64,000 nt of DNA from Lytechinus pictus (taxonomy: Eukaryota). The first letter of the stretch is position 1; every line of letters starts with the position of its first letter. The notes below the pieces were generated by a model, which saw only the letters and a list, made by a program, of their open reading frames with translations, was not told the origin of the DNA and did no database searches. Both the position numbers and the translations under genes were made by a program. The stretch is taken from assembly GCF_037042905.1 (NCBI RefSeq), contig NC_087251.1:6140001-6204000 (forward strand), in the 5' to 3' direction. Shown one piece after another: positions 55,501 through 63,430 of this stretch.

Positions 55501-57943
55501 TTACTTTGATTTTCTGGAAAGTATAGACTTGATTCTCCCCGGCTGAAAATATGCTGATCGGCAAACTGGCTGAAATATTTTGTTTATCGCCGTTGTTTCT
55601 GATCCTATAATGATTGGACCAATATCATGTGAACAAATCAAGGATAGAATAATAAGGAGAGGAAGAAGGGGGAGAAGGAGAGAAGAAAAGGGGCGGGATT
55701 ATGATATATAATTTTTATTATACTATAAAGAATATTATTACTACTGCAAGAGTGTATAAAACTAATATCATGAAAGACATCAATGCAAACTTATCATAAT
55801 TATGAAAACGGTTGCAAAATTGTGAGTACTAAAACCAAACATAATTATGAAACAATAATATTGCAAAAGTGACAATACTTGGAATAAGATATTAAAAATC
55901 CTAATTTAATCTCAAATTTGATACCTGCCTTGAAATTGTGCTAATTAACTGTGTCTGTGTCGCTTGAATAAATGAACTTTATGGCAAATATTTGTAAGCA
56001 ATGTCATTTGCTGGCCTATGGACCTGAGTTTGGTTATTCGATCAGTTTTTTTTAAATAAGATTTCCATGGATGAACAAAATTATTATATTATGTTAATTA
56101 CGGCGTCGCGGAATGATTTTGAAAGTGATGGGGTGCATAAAATCACAATCATTTATTATGTGTAATGTTCATTTTCATTTCAGGGAGGGGTCCGGTCGCG
56201 CCCCCTGTATTTTATTTTGATCAGTATGTTAAAGCGAATTTGCTTAGGTGTGTTTGTTATTTTAATTGCACACACGGCCCCTAAAAAGCGAATTAAAACA
56301 AATCTAACTTAAAGTGAAGGGAATTAAAACTGTCATTTTTGAAAAGTTTGAACAAATTAGGCTATATTCTCGACATTTTAAATCAATATTTTATTTTCGG
56401 GCCATATAGGCCTGCAGATTTTGGGGAATTTATTATGTTCCTATAAGAACAAAATCAGCACGTTCACCAAATAACACAAATTTCAACATTGATGGTGTAA
56501 CGGGAGGCTCACCAAGAACAATAATGAGATGCCCTTTAATAGCGCATGTAGATCAAAACACTAACTTATACAGAATTATTGTACAACTTAATATATAAAA
56601 ATGATAGGCCTATATTTCATACAAATTAAAGCAAGTTACATATCATGTAGGCCTATATAGAAATTACAAAATTATATCCAACATAAACATAGAATCAAAG
56701 GACGTAAATGTGGGAAGGATGGAAGGAGGACGATGCAGTTAAAGGTAGGGAAATCCAGAGAAGGGCTAATTCACTGCAGTCTTTTGAATTAATTGTCAAT
56801 CTTTCTATTAATGTCCGCTGTATGTTTTTATTTTTATATGATTGTTTATTTGATAGTATATCAACATTGTTAATGTTATCTATTACAGGCCTATAAACGG
56901 ACAGGTAAATGCAAATTATTTAGAATTTCATCCCGAGAAATCAGGTTTTTAAAATGCCAAATTAATAGCATAATCCCCATGTAATCACTCTAATAGTGTA
57001 TTGAGATGCAATTTGTCATTCATATTTTCGATTTTTATGAGGTTGTGTTCTTTTCTTCAAGAAAAAGGCCGGAGACGGCACCCCTTTTCACAGCGTTACA
57101 ACGCACGAGCTATGGGTACATCCGGGTACTTTTGCGAATCTATACCTATCGAGCAATGGCCGCCACGCTCCACACAATCACAGACGTTAAGTACGCGCGC
57201 CTATGGCGACTCCGCACTCTAGCGTAGTTAGTATACATCTCTATGAGCTATCCCCACTGCGTCAGTGCGTGCCAAACGAACTGTGTATCCCATAGCGTGG
57301 GGACTGGATCACGAGTATACTAGCTATACTGTTGAAACTGTCCCCACTGCGTGCAAAGTGAACCGTGTATCCCATAGCGTGGGGACTGGATCACGAGTAT
57401 ATAATAGGGAGAGAACCCTAGTGTTTATATACAATGTGTTTCATTTGTGTGTGTTATCATTTTGCCACAGAGTTGTGCGAGAGTTGGAGACTGTGTTCTG
57501 GAGAAAGGAAGTGATTTTCATGCGTTCTGGTAGGTGTGATTCTAATAATCCCCACTTTAGGATTTGGGGACTATATCACGATTATGCCTCGTTTTTAATC
57601 GGAACCATATCCGCCGAGTTTGACGGGGCTTGATGTTTGCAGATTTGGGTCCTCGGCGGATTTGGTAGCGACTTGCATGTGTTGAGAAACGGGCCCCTGG
57701 CCTGGGCCTGGTGCCATGCAAAATCCACATCACATCCACATGCACGCACACGTACCTAACTCAGAGTCAGACTGGTATCACTTTATCAGCAAATCACATT
57801 AAATTGTAACTTTACAATTACCTTCTTTCAGTGTTATCTCCACCTGTAAGTTTACGAATGTTTTGCTCAACATCTTCTAAGTTTTCTTTAGCCTTCTCTA
57901 ATCTTTGGGCAAGGAAAGCGCTGACACCCTCGGAGGTAGCCAT
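18795..57943 (-). CDS. PNN: Pinin (Pinin/SDK/memA family splicing and EJC-associated protein), 9 coding exons, 566 aa
   Basis: Exons 57822-57943, 26341-26580, 26095-26163, 25307-25376, 24120-24223, 23643-23718, 23018-23173, 19941-20079 and 18795-19519 total 1701 nt, all GT-AG with compatible phases. Pinin motifs: LEKAKENLEDVEQNIRKLTG, PPAKR, PLVQSSVV, RNKRMFGHLLGTLQKF, FIRTRAKPYIFYKP. Confidence 0.95.
19941..20079 (-). CDS. PNN: Pinin exon 8
   Basis: HKDWDVHSGLLSNFIRTRAKPYIFYKPAKWTLGTEKLFKESKQILS; acceptor ccacag, donor gttagt. Confidence 0.93.
20497..22950 (+). mobile_element. 5'-truncated L1/Tx1-clade LINE in pinin intron 7, antisense to the gene
   Basis: 14-bp TSD ATCATCACTCTAGA (20483-20496 and 22951-22964), A-rich tail after AATAAA, RT and zinc-knuckle coding sequence. 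Confidence 0.92.
20520..22837 (+). pseudogene. LINE ORF2 fragment (reverse transcriptase and C-terminal zinc knuckle), frameshifted
   Basis: Motifs DNWRPI/SLLNIDYK, FLDFKKGFD, GVRQGCPLS, QYADN (YADD mutated) and CNICKVPETSIHILFTC. Frameshifts near 20660 and 21690. Confidence 0.9.
23018..23173 (-). CDS. PNN: Pinin exon 7 (coiled coil)
   Basis: DKRRKEIEKKLEEKAVEEKK..LEQLVELTQE; acceptor tttgcag, donor gtaggt; 156 nt. Confidence 0.93.
23643..23718 (-). CDS. PNN: Pinin exon 6
   Basis: NKRMFGHLLGTLQKFRDESDSKTDK, the conserved pinin core motif. Confidence 0.95.
24120..24223 (-). CDS. PNN: Pinin exon 5
   Basis: PLVQSSVVTTLTTVTQKTRQQTIKEVQKDKKSVD; acceptor tgacag, donor gtgagg. Confidence 0.93.
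24569..25202. mobile_element. piggyBac-like MITE in pinin intron 4
   Basis: TTAA|CCCTATCTAGGCCG...CGGTCTAGGTAGGG|TTAA. Confidence 0.8.
25307..25376 (-). CDS. PNN: Pinin exon 4
   Basis: LGGRVGPRNRAPSDDEDEDMDYK; acceptor ttttag, donor gtaagg. Confidence 0.9.
26095..26163 (-). CDS. PNN: Pinin exon 3
   Basis: LSLMERLGAPPAKRPNLGSPFS; acceptor aaacag, donor gttagt; 69 nt, phase 2-2. Confidence 0.9.
26341..26580 (-). CDS. PNN: Pinin exon 2 (repeat-expanded)
   Basis: 240 nt, phase 2-2; acceptor taacag, donor gtaagg; RRxSGDQ-like repeats followed by GVRGRGGGL. Confidence 0.88.
27045..28633. mobile_element. Non-autonomous TIR element (hAT-like termini)
   Basis: TIR CAGGGACTC(GATTTTA) / (TAAAACT)GAGTCCCTG; CATACC (6 bp) on both flanks. 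Confidence 0.55.
29075..29525. mobile_element. 451-bp TAGAC-family element with 9-bp TSD (Academ-like)
   Basis: TSD GCGGTTTTG at 29066-29074 and 29526-29534. Homologous to 39749-40063 plus 43910-44039. Confidence 0.8.
29723..32691 (+). mobile_element. Harbinger-like non-autonomous element, right tip clipped
   Basis: Left end CAG|GGGCCCGTTTCTCAACACC, right end GGTGTTGAGAAACGG. Subterminal CCGTTTCACGAA motifs are mirrored at the two ends. Confidence 0.65.
30550..31327. mobile_element. Foldback element, TAGCCTGGAGGCGTCTGGG family (left end lost)
   Basis: Arms 30550-30810 and 31037-31270 are inverted; ends CCCAGACGCCTCCAGGCTA; near-identical to 37635-38301. Confidence 0.75.
33006..33847. mobile_element. 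P-superfamily-like non-autonomous element
   Basis: 31-bp perfect TIR CATGGACCTATTACGAATGGACATTCAACGA; 7-bp TSD GTAAAC-containing GTAAAAC at 32999-33005 and 33848-33854; the empty site is visible in the mirror copy. Confidence 0.8.
34097..35763 (+). mobile_element. Helentron/HINE-like non-autonomous rolling-circle element
   Basis: Subterminal inverted repeats TTAGGTGATCTGTC / GACAGATCACCTAA, a 5' short inverted repeat, a 3' hairpin AATTCGTC-ctcat-GACGAATT, ending CTAG and inserted at TT with no longer TSD. Confidence 0.75.
35361..35423 (+). other. tRNA-derived sequence (A and B boxes) inside the Helentron-like element
   Basis: TAGCTCAATTGG (A box) and GGTTCGAGCCC (B box) at tRNA spacing; no pairing acceptor stem. 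Confidence 0.6.
35780..37125 (-). mobile_element. Second Helentron/HINE-like element with an internal tandem array
   Basis: Minus-strand start TTGTCTCGCCTGCA-tagcaga-GCGAGAC, a (GCC)n tract, subterminal TGCAGGCGAGAC, and end CACTTGTT. Confidence 0.75.
35987..37050. repeat. Tandem array, ~163-bp unit, ~6 copies
   Basis: CCATAAACTTTC..GTGACCTGAAACTC..GAACTAGAT recurs at 35987, 36149, 36312, 36475, 36638 and 36801. Confidence 0.9.
37286..37507. repeat. Dispersed ~220-bp repeat (second copy at 53401-53630)
   Basis: GTAGGATGGGGG..TCCGGACAC..CCGGACACACAAC is shared between the two loci. Confidence 0.75.
37635..38301. mobile_element. TAGCCTGG-family foldback element (right arm truncated)
   Basis: Starts TAGCCTGGAGGCGTCTGGGGAGTG, the reverse complement of the 31327 end; internal inverted duplication 37920-38040 / 38184-38301. 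Confidence 0.75.
40761..41370. repeat. Inverted repeat, ~140-bp arms with ~330-bp spacer
   Basis: 40761-40911 mirrors 41240-41370. Confidence 0.8.
43153..43216 (-). other. Degenerate tRNA-derived (SINE-head-like) sequence
   Basis: Minus strand GGTCTGTGGCCAAATGCG...CCCTGGTTCGAAACTCGG with A and B boxes. Confidence 0.4.
44049..44452 (+). mobile_element. Related TAGACC terminus followed by a coding fragment
   Basis: Starts TAGACCAAAAGCTTC right after the GCGCCATGT TSD. The ORF from 44163 (ICDRCCKIILKL, basic RKKRRR) ends at a gtaagt donor near 44452. The other end was not found. Confidence 0.45.
46007..46318. mobile_element. TAACCCAG-family element with 9-bp TSD
   Basis: Termini TAACCCAG...CTGGGTTA; TSD GGTAGTGGG at 45998-46006 and 46319-46327; same family as 58316-63795. 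Confidence 0.85.
47110..47640. repeat. (AAT/GAT/CAA)n low-complexity tract
   Basis: Degenerate trinucleotide repeats. Confidence 0.85.
48114..48428. repeat. Minisatellite, 50-bp unit, ~6 copies
   Basis: TTATATTATAATTTTTGAAACAACCGGGTCTGGAAAAAAAGACTTTGRAC at 50-bp spacing; inverted degenerate copies near 47675-47715 and 47800. Confidence 0.92.
50567..51096. mobile_element. Two copies of a ~155-bp palindromic MITE (50567-50721 and 50934-51096)
   Basis: TACC(C/T)C(A/G)GTCACATT...AATGTGAC ends; internal GTCGAAAACAGC / CTGTTTTCGAC. Confidence 0.7.
54452..57245. mobile_element. P- or hAT-like non-autonomous element (2.8 kb) inside the right TIR of 46437-57588
   Basis: TIR CATAGAGATGTATACTA; 8-bp TSD AGCTATCC at 54444-54451 and 57246-57253; the left host TIR shows the empty site. 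Confidence 0.85.
57822..57943 (-). CDS. PNN: Pinin exon 1
   Basis: MATSEGVSAFLAQRLEKAKENLEDVEQNIRKLTGGDNTER; start context aacaagATGG; donor gtaatt. Confidence 0.93.
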
Positions 57944-58030
57944 CTTGTTGAATGCATGCTGCGCACGCAGCGCAGGCGGCGGCATGCGCGCGCGATCGAT
58001 ATGCATGCGATATATATGCGCGATGATTGT
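57937..58030 (-). promoter_or_regulatory. Probable pinin proximal promoter / 5' UTR
   Basis: CpG-rich patch; YY1-like CAAGATGGC overlapping the ATG; NRF1-like GCGCATGC and TGCGTGCGCA motifs. Confidence 0.5.
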
Positions 58031-58657
58031 ACGTTATGCTCAGGGATTTCCCCCATTTCAGGACAGCCGGCCCGACAGCTAAGAACTCCCGCTCTCGAGA
58101 ACTGGTATTATGTTTAATACTACTTTACTAGTAATGCAATGGATATTGAATCTTGAATCCAGCCTTACCAGCCATAGGACTGATGAGTCAAGTAAACAAG
58201 CTACAGTCAAGAGGAGGTAAAACATACCATTTTGACCAAGATCGATGGAGCATTCTTTATCAAGAAACTGGGAAGACTTTGTTAATGGTAGGTTAAGCCC
58301 ACTCATTCAATGAACTACCAGGGAGCTCCCGCCCGCACAGCGGGCGGGAGCCCAGGAGCTTTTCGTGTATTTGACCATAGTCACCGGACTAGGGTGATTT
58401 ATGGTCTAAATATTTCTCCAAATGAATTGTGAAAACAGAAAGTATACAATTACCACGATTATATGGATGAAGGTCTAACGAGTGGCAGTTTCCTGACATC
58501 TGGGCACAAACTGGAACCTCAAAAAAACGAAAAGTTCTCTCCTTCTACCCCCGTCTCGATCAGCCATTTTTGTTAAAAATCGTAACAAAATGGCCGATCG
58601 AGACGGGGGTAGAAGGAGAGAACTTTTCGTTTTTTTGAGGTTCCAGTCTGTGCCCAG

Positions 58658-58832
58658 CGACAATAAAGGAATGACACTTCACTCACAATAGTTGAATAAT
58701 TGTACCTTAATTTATTAGGCAGCTCATGACTTCAACCGCGGCGCCGTCAAGGGGCGAATTACCATCGTTGCATTGGCACTAAAACCAATCCACCACAAGG
58801 TGGCGCTATAGCACAAACAACAAACATTGGCG
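58658..58832 (-). repeat. 3' LTR
   Basis: Identical to 63431-63605; contains a minus-strand AATAAA. Confidence 0.92.
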
Positions 58833-60924
58833 TGACCACTTTGTCTTTTTCCCTTCCAACTGTTAAAACTGCATATGGATTGGTGATTACAAATCATTAG
58901 CAAAGTAGCAAAGTATTAAACTTCTAATTCCATGTGAACAGGTACTACCTTACAAAAAGTAAAAAAAAACGATGCCTATCTCTATACAGAATAAAAATCT
59001 ACCAACCTCTAAAAGGTATAGAAATTCCGTATAACAATAAATAATGCTTATTAAAAAACAATCATTGTAATTATTCTTAATAATACAAATATCAAACCCT
59101 TACAGTACTAATGTTGAAAACGTTACATAATTACTATCAAACTAAAATCAAAACATCTCATCTTTACCTATCAGCAAGGATATAACCTGGTAATATAAAC
59201 ACCACAACTACATATGTGCACTTTCCGAAAGATATAAACACACATAACATTGCATAAAATGTGTAACATACTGTTAGGGGCACTAACATGCTTTCTTAAC
59301 CAAAACCATAAGATGGAACAATTTACATCACAATACATGTACATGTGTATCTTCAGCATCCCCATAAAATCAAGCATTCTAAACAGGCGGTAATTAAACA
59401 TTGATACCATGTCACAAACTAAACCAAAAACAAAACCAAATCAAATGTCATTTCAAGTCAATCATTTAAAAAAAATGTTATTCAAAACAATAAAACTGTC
59501 AATGCTAGTCCCTTAAAAAAAACTAACAATCAATGCCTTTAAGTATAACTCATATTTAGGGGGAAAAACCAGCCCCTTTTGTGCTAAGGAAAAGAAACCA
59601 TTTAAAGCCAAACCAAAAACAGCAATACCATACATTACGCCAAAATAGTGTAAATGTAGACGTTATTGGCTCAAAATATATCCTGTAAATGAAAACAAAT
59701 AGAATTACATACCTGTTAAACTTAAGAGCACACATACAGGAAAGGAAACCATAAACAAAGTAAGTGCATGTTAATCCCAAACACTACTATCAAGTCCCAT
59801 GTCATCTAAGTAATCTAACCTAAAAACACTATACGAAACAAATTATAAAATTGCCAAACTATGCAAACGTTAAATAATGTTCTTATTAAATAAAGACACA
59901 ATTCATAACCAAAATAAATGTATTGATAAACCCATTACTGTAAAACCATTCCATAAATAAACAGGGACACTTTGTAATAAAACATCTGCAAAACAAGAAG
60001 CCATTAACTTCACGAACATTAAGATGGACCCTTCCACAACCATCAAAATAACAAAAAGGATTCCATACATAGTAATATACACAAGTGCACAGTCAGGTGA
60101 ACTGTTGTCACACTGGATATCACAAAGTCACGCTGACTAAATTAAAAACAACGCCGTTATCTTGTAGAAAACAATCAAATGCTAAGGTAAAAGGCATACA
60201 TATACATCCATAAAAAGTGTGTGGTGGAAATAATTATGTAAAATACAGCAAATGTGGAAATCTTGAAACACACCCTGGAAAAATTATGTTAGGCATATCA
60301 AATACAAATCAATTAAAATATGGATACTTGTATATGATTTACATGTCACTTCCCCTAAACAAATAAAAGTAGCACACACACAGCCAGTAAACATTAAAAT
60401 GTCTAAGCAAACAACAAACTTCAGTCTTAGAAATCAAATTTAATGACAAACCAGTAGGCATAACAAGCACATTAAAACATTAAAACAATCAGCTGTACCA
60501 CTCCAACCCGATAAAAGGCTAATAAAGAAAAATGTGAAAAACATAATTCCTTAAAAAAAATAAAGGCATAAGCATCACAACAAAAGTAGCAGTATACAGT
60601 GAATAATGGAAAAGGGAATACATCTTGCAGAAAATGTGGGAAAAAAAACAATCGTACTGTATATTCTAAAACGATACATTATCAATGCAATAAAAACAAT
60701 CAATTATGCAATAAAAATGTAAAGGAAAGAAATTAATCGTTACCATACATAATAAAGACAATATATCATACATGCAATTTACAGTGTCCATAGTATGCTG
60801 CATCATCAATTGTCCATGAACAAAGAAGTAAAATAATAGCAGTCAATATAGGATGTTTATCCCAGATGTCACTATAAAAAGTGCAAATGTCCATCTCTCA
60901 AAATCAAAGGGAGGATACAACAGT

Positions 60925-63264
60925 TCAATGGTACCTTGAATCAATGTCTGGTGGACGACCAGGAGGGGGTCCTATGGACAACCAAAATGTTGAGGGGCCT
61001 GGCCGTTGTTCTGAAGGTGGAGCGATGCTCGCAGGCGACGTCCTATGAACACGGTGACGAAAGGCCAAAAGAACAGTTCCATGGGATGGGTTGTAAAAAC
61101 CAGTCACAGAAACAAAGGGGGCATACAGTCTATTGCCAACATCCGGCGGGGGACCTGGTGGGTCAATAACCACCGTGGTGAGGTCATCATGAGTAGGGAT
61201 ACTGCGTCCTTTGCGAACATCCGGGGGGCGACCTGGTGGGTCCATAACCTCTGTGGTAAGGCCTTCACTAGTAGGGATACTGCATCCTTTGCGAACATCT
61301 GGGGGGCGACCTGGTGGGTCTGTAACCTCTGTGGTGAGGCCATCACGAGTAGGGATACTGCATCCTTTGCGAACATCCGGGGAGCGACCTGGTGGGTCCA
61401 TAACCTCTGTGGTGAGGCCATCATAAGTTGGGTCACAGTGTTGGTAGCAAGGGACCAAGCACTCACCAATGAGAGGAGAATCCATCACTACAGGATTAGA
61501 ATTAGAAATAGTAGCCAGTGAAAACTTGTCAAAATCAGTATTCTGTAGACATTCTGCTTTACTTAACAGGTTGGCGTGTGTAAGGTTGGGTTGGGTGTCT
61601 ATACCAATATCCACAGCGGGACCAGACGTTGTGAGCTTCACGTCATAGTCATGAACCGAAACTAGCTCGGACTGAAGTTGCTGGCATGCAGCGACATCGT
61701 TCTGGGTAGCAGTGACTAGGTCAACCGACGAGCTGTTAATGACTTTGATAAAAGCAGTGCCTGATGGTGAAGGGTCACACAAGGGCGTTATGACGGAAGG
61801 CACGTATTGCAGTGTCTCCATGCCACCGGGCATATGCGGAACGACCGGAGGTACGTGTGGCAATTCGTCGGTGCCACCGGACATACGTGGAACGATAGAG
61901 GGCGTAAGTGGCAATTTCTCGTCGCAACCAGATATGAGTGGAACGCTAGGCGCATGTTGCAATTTCTCAGTGCCACTGGGCATATCGGAAATATGGTCAT
62001 GTGAATTGATATCGCGTATCGACAGCGAAGCGTCAGGACCATAAGTGTACGACGGTCCATCACCTATGGTGATGCGGTGCTTAGCAGGACGGATGGTAAT
62101 GTCATGTAACTCTATGAATGGAATTCCTGCATGAATTTGAATAAGCGGTGAGTCTACGACATACGCTTCGAAAAGCAAGTGTTCCCCATTCCTACTTAAG
62201 GTAAGACTTGTCGTACCAATAACTGGAAGGCGCGAGGAACGGTTAGCATAACACACCGACCGAAGGGTATCTGTAGGCCTGATGACAGCACCAAGACTTT
62301 GAACGCTGGAAAGACCAATGAGGTTCTGTGGTGAACCACTGACAAGTTTGACCTGGACGAGCTTTTGACCATGAAAAAGATTGACACTTGGAGACGGAGA
62401 GGAAAGGCTGGCCACTGAAAACTGTGGCGAATGTGTAACCTTGGAGTGGTACTCACCTAACTCCGATGAGTCACTCATATCATCGCCGAGAGAATCTCCA
62501 TGGATTTCATGCGGTCTGCCTGACTCTGGCAAGACCTCGGCACGACCGAAAGAACTATCTGTTAAGCCTGTTCTAACAGGCAAAGCATCCTCACTATCCG
62601 AAATAGAACAATCATAATCATCATAGCAGCATTCATCACTCTCAGATAAATCAGAGACAGAGTCAGCATATAGAAGTTGACAATCATCTTGATAATCATC
62701 ACTTACATCCAAATACTCTGACCAAACTGATTTGGAAGAAGTCAAGCAATTTTGTGTACTGATACTTCTTTCAGACTTTTTCAAGAATGAGCACTCACTT
62801 TTGTTATGACTAGGCCTACAATTATATTTAGATACTGAATAGTAGGGATTGTCACAAGTAGGTCCAACGTTTGAGTAAGAACTAGATCTGTATCCAACCC
62901 TATTTGTGTTATGTGTACTAGCTTTATGACTGTCTTGATTATGTACTGTACAATGTAAAACCCTACTTGCTCTAGGAAAGGAATGAGAATGGTCTTCAAT
63001 GACAGACTCATCATGATCAAAACAATATTCATCATCATATGCATAATCATTGTTTAAATCATACAAATCAAGATTGTCACAATCACTCACAATCATATCA
63101 TTTTCTTTCTCTCTTCCGATTTGGATTAATGTTGAATTATCATTAATAATTTGTTCATGTTGGTTATGTTTAGTGTAGTAGCCTCTATATTGGGCATGAT
63201 ACTGGCGGCCGCTCTCTCGGGCCTGTGGAAGGTACCGGTACATGTACCGGGGATAAGCCATCAT
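60925..63264 (-). CDS. 779-aa protein with a degenerate retropepsin-like domain and Pro-rich repeats
   Basis: Open ORF just downstream of the PBS. VKLVSGSPQNLI...LPVIGTTSLTL...IHAGIPFIELHDITIRP resembles retrotransposon aspartic protease, with V in place of the catalytic D. No RT, RNase H or integrase motifs seen. Confidence 0.75.
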   Translation of the reverse strand: MMAYPRYMYRYLPQARESGRQYHAQYRGYYTKHNQHEQIINDNSTLIQIGREKENDMIVSDCDNLDLYDLNNDYAYDDEYCFDHDESVIEDHSHSFPRASRVLHCTVHNQDSHKASTHNTNRVGYRSSSYSNVGPTCDNPYYSVSKYNCRPSHNKSECSFLKKSERSISTQNCLTSSKSVWSEYLDVSDDYQDDCQLLYADSVSDLSESDECCYDDYDCSISDSEDALPVRTGLTDSSFGRAEVLPESGRPHEIHGDSLGDDMSDSSELGEYHSKVTHSPQFSVASLSSPSPSVNLFHGQKLVQVKLVSGSPQNLIGLSSVQSLGAVIRPTDTLRSVCYANRSSRLPVIGTTSLTLSRNGEHLLFEAYVVDSPLIQIHAGIPFIELHDITIRPAKHRITIGDGPSYTYGPDASLSIRDINSHDHISDMPSGTEKLQHAPSVPLISGCDEKLPLTPSIVPRMSGGTDELPHVPPVVPHMPGGMETLQYVPSVITPLCDPSPSGTAFIKVINSSSVDLVTATQNDVAACQQLQSELVSVHDYDVKLTTSGPAVDIGIDTQPNLTHANLLSKAECLQNTDFDKFSLATISNSNPVVMDSPLIGECLVPCYQHCDPTYDGLTTEVMDPPGRSPDVRKGCSIPTRDGLTTEVTDPPGRPPDVRKGCSIPTSEGLTTEVMDPPGRPPDVRKGRSIPTHDDLTTVVIDPPGPPPDVGNRLYAPFVSVTGFYNPSHGTVLLAFRHRVHRTSPASIAPPSEQRPGPSTFWLSIGPPPGRPPDIDSRYH
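61135..61422 (-). repeat. Coding tandem repeat, 78-bp unit, ~3.7 copies
   Basis: DGLTTEVMDPPGRPPDVRKGCSIPT units; GC(G/C)AACATC at 61135, 61213, 61291 and 61369. Confidence 0.9.
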
Positions 63265-63430
63265 GAAAGGCTATGTGTGGGGATAGCCGTGGCGTGAGAA
63301 GACATGATTGACAATGAACTACAACTACCTATCACGAAAAATGATGCTTTTCGACCGAATGAATGCTAGGGTAGCAGTGGCCATCCTATTGTGTGGATAG
63401 ACAGGGATCGAACCTGCTGCCACCACGACA

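Larger units (their letters stand above)
46437..57588. mobile_element. 11.2-kb long-TIR element with 8-bp TSD (Merlin-like GG..CC termini), non-coding
   Basis: Ends GGCATAAT(T/C)GTGATATAGTCCCC; TSD TCGTTTTT at 46429-46436 and 57589-57596. TIR of ~480 bp: 46437-46917 versus 54290-54451 plus 57254-57588. Confidence 0.85.

Noticed and set aside
57944..58006. N-terminal extension of pinin from upstream in-frame ATGs
   Set aside because: Pinin similarity starts near MATS and the ATG at 57943 has strong context; the upstream ATGs lie in promoter-like palindromic motifs.
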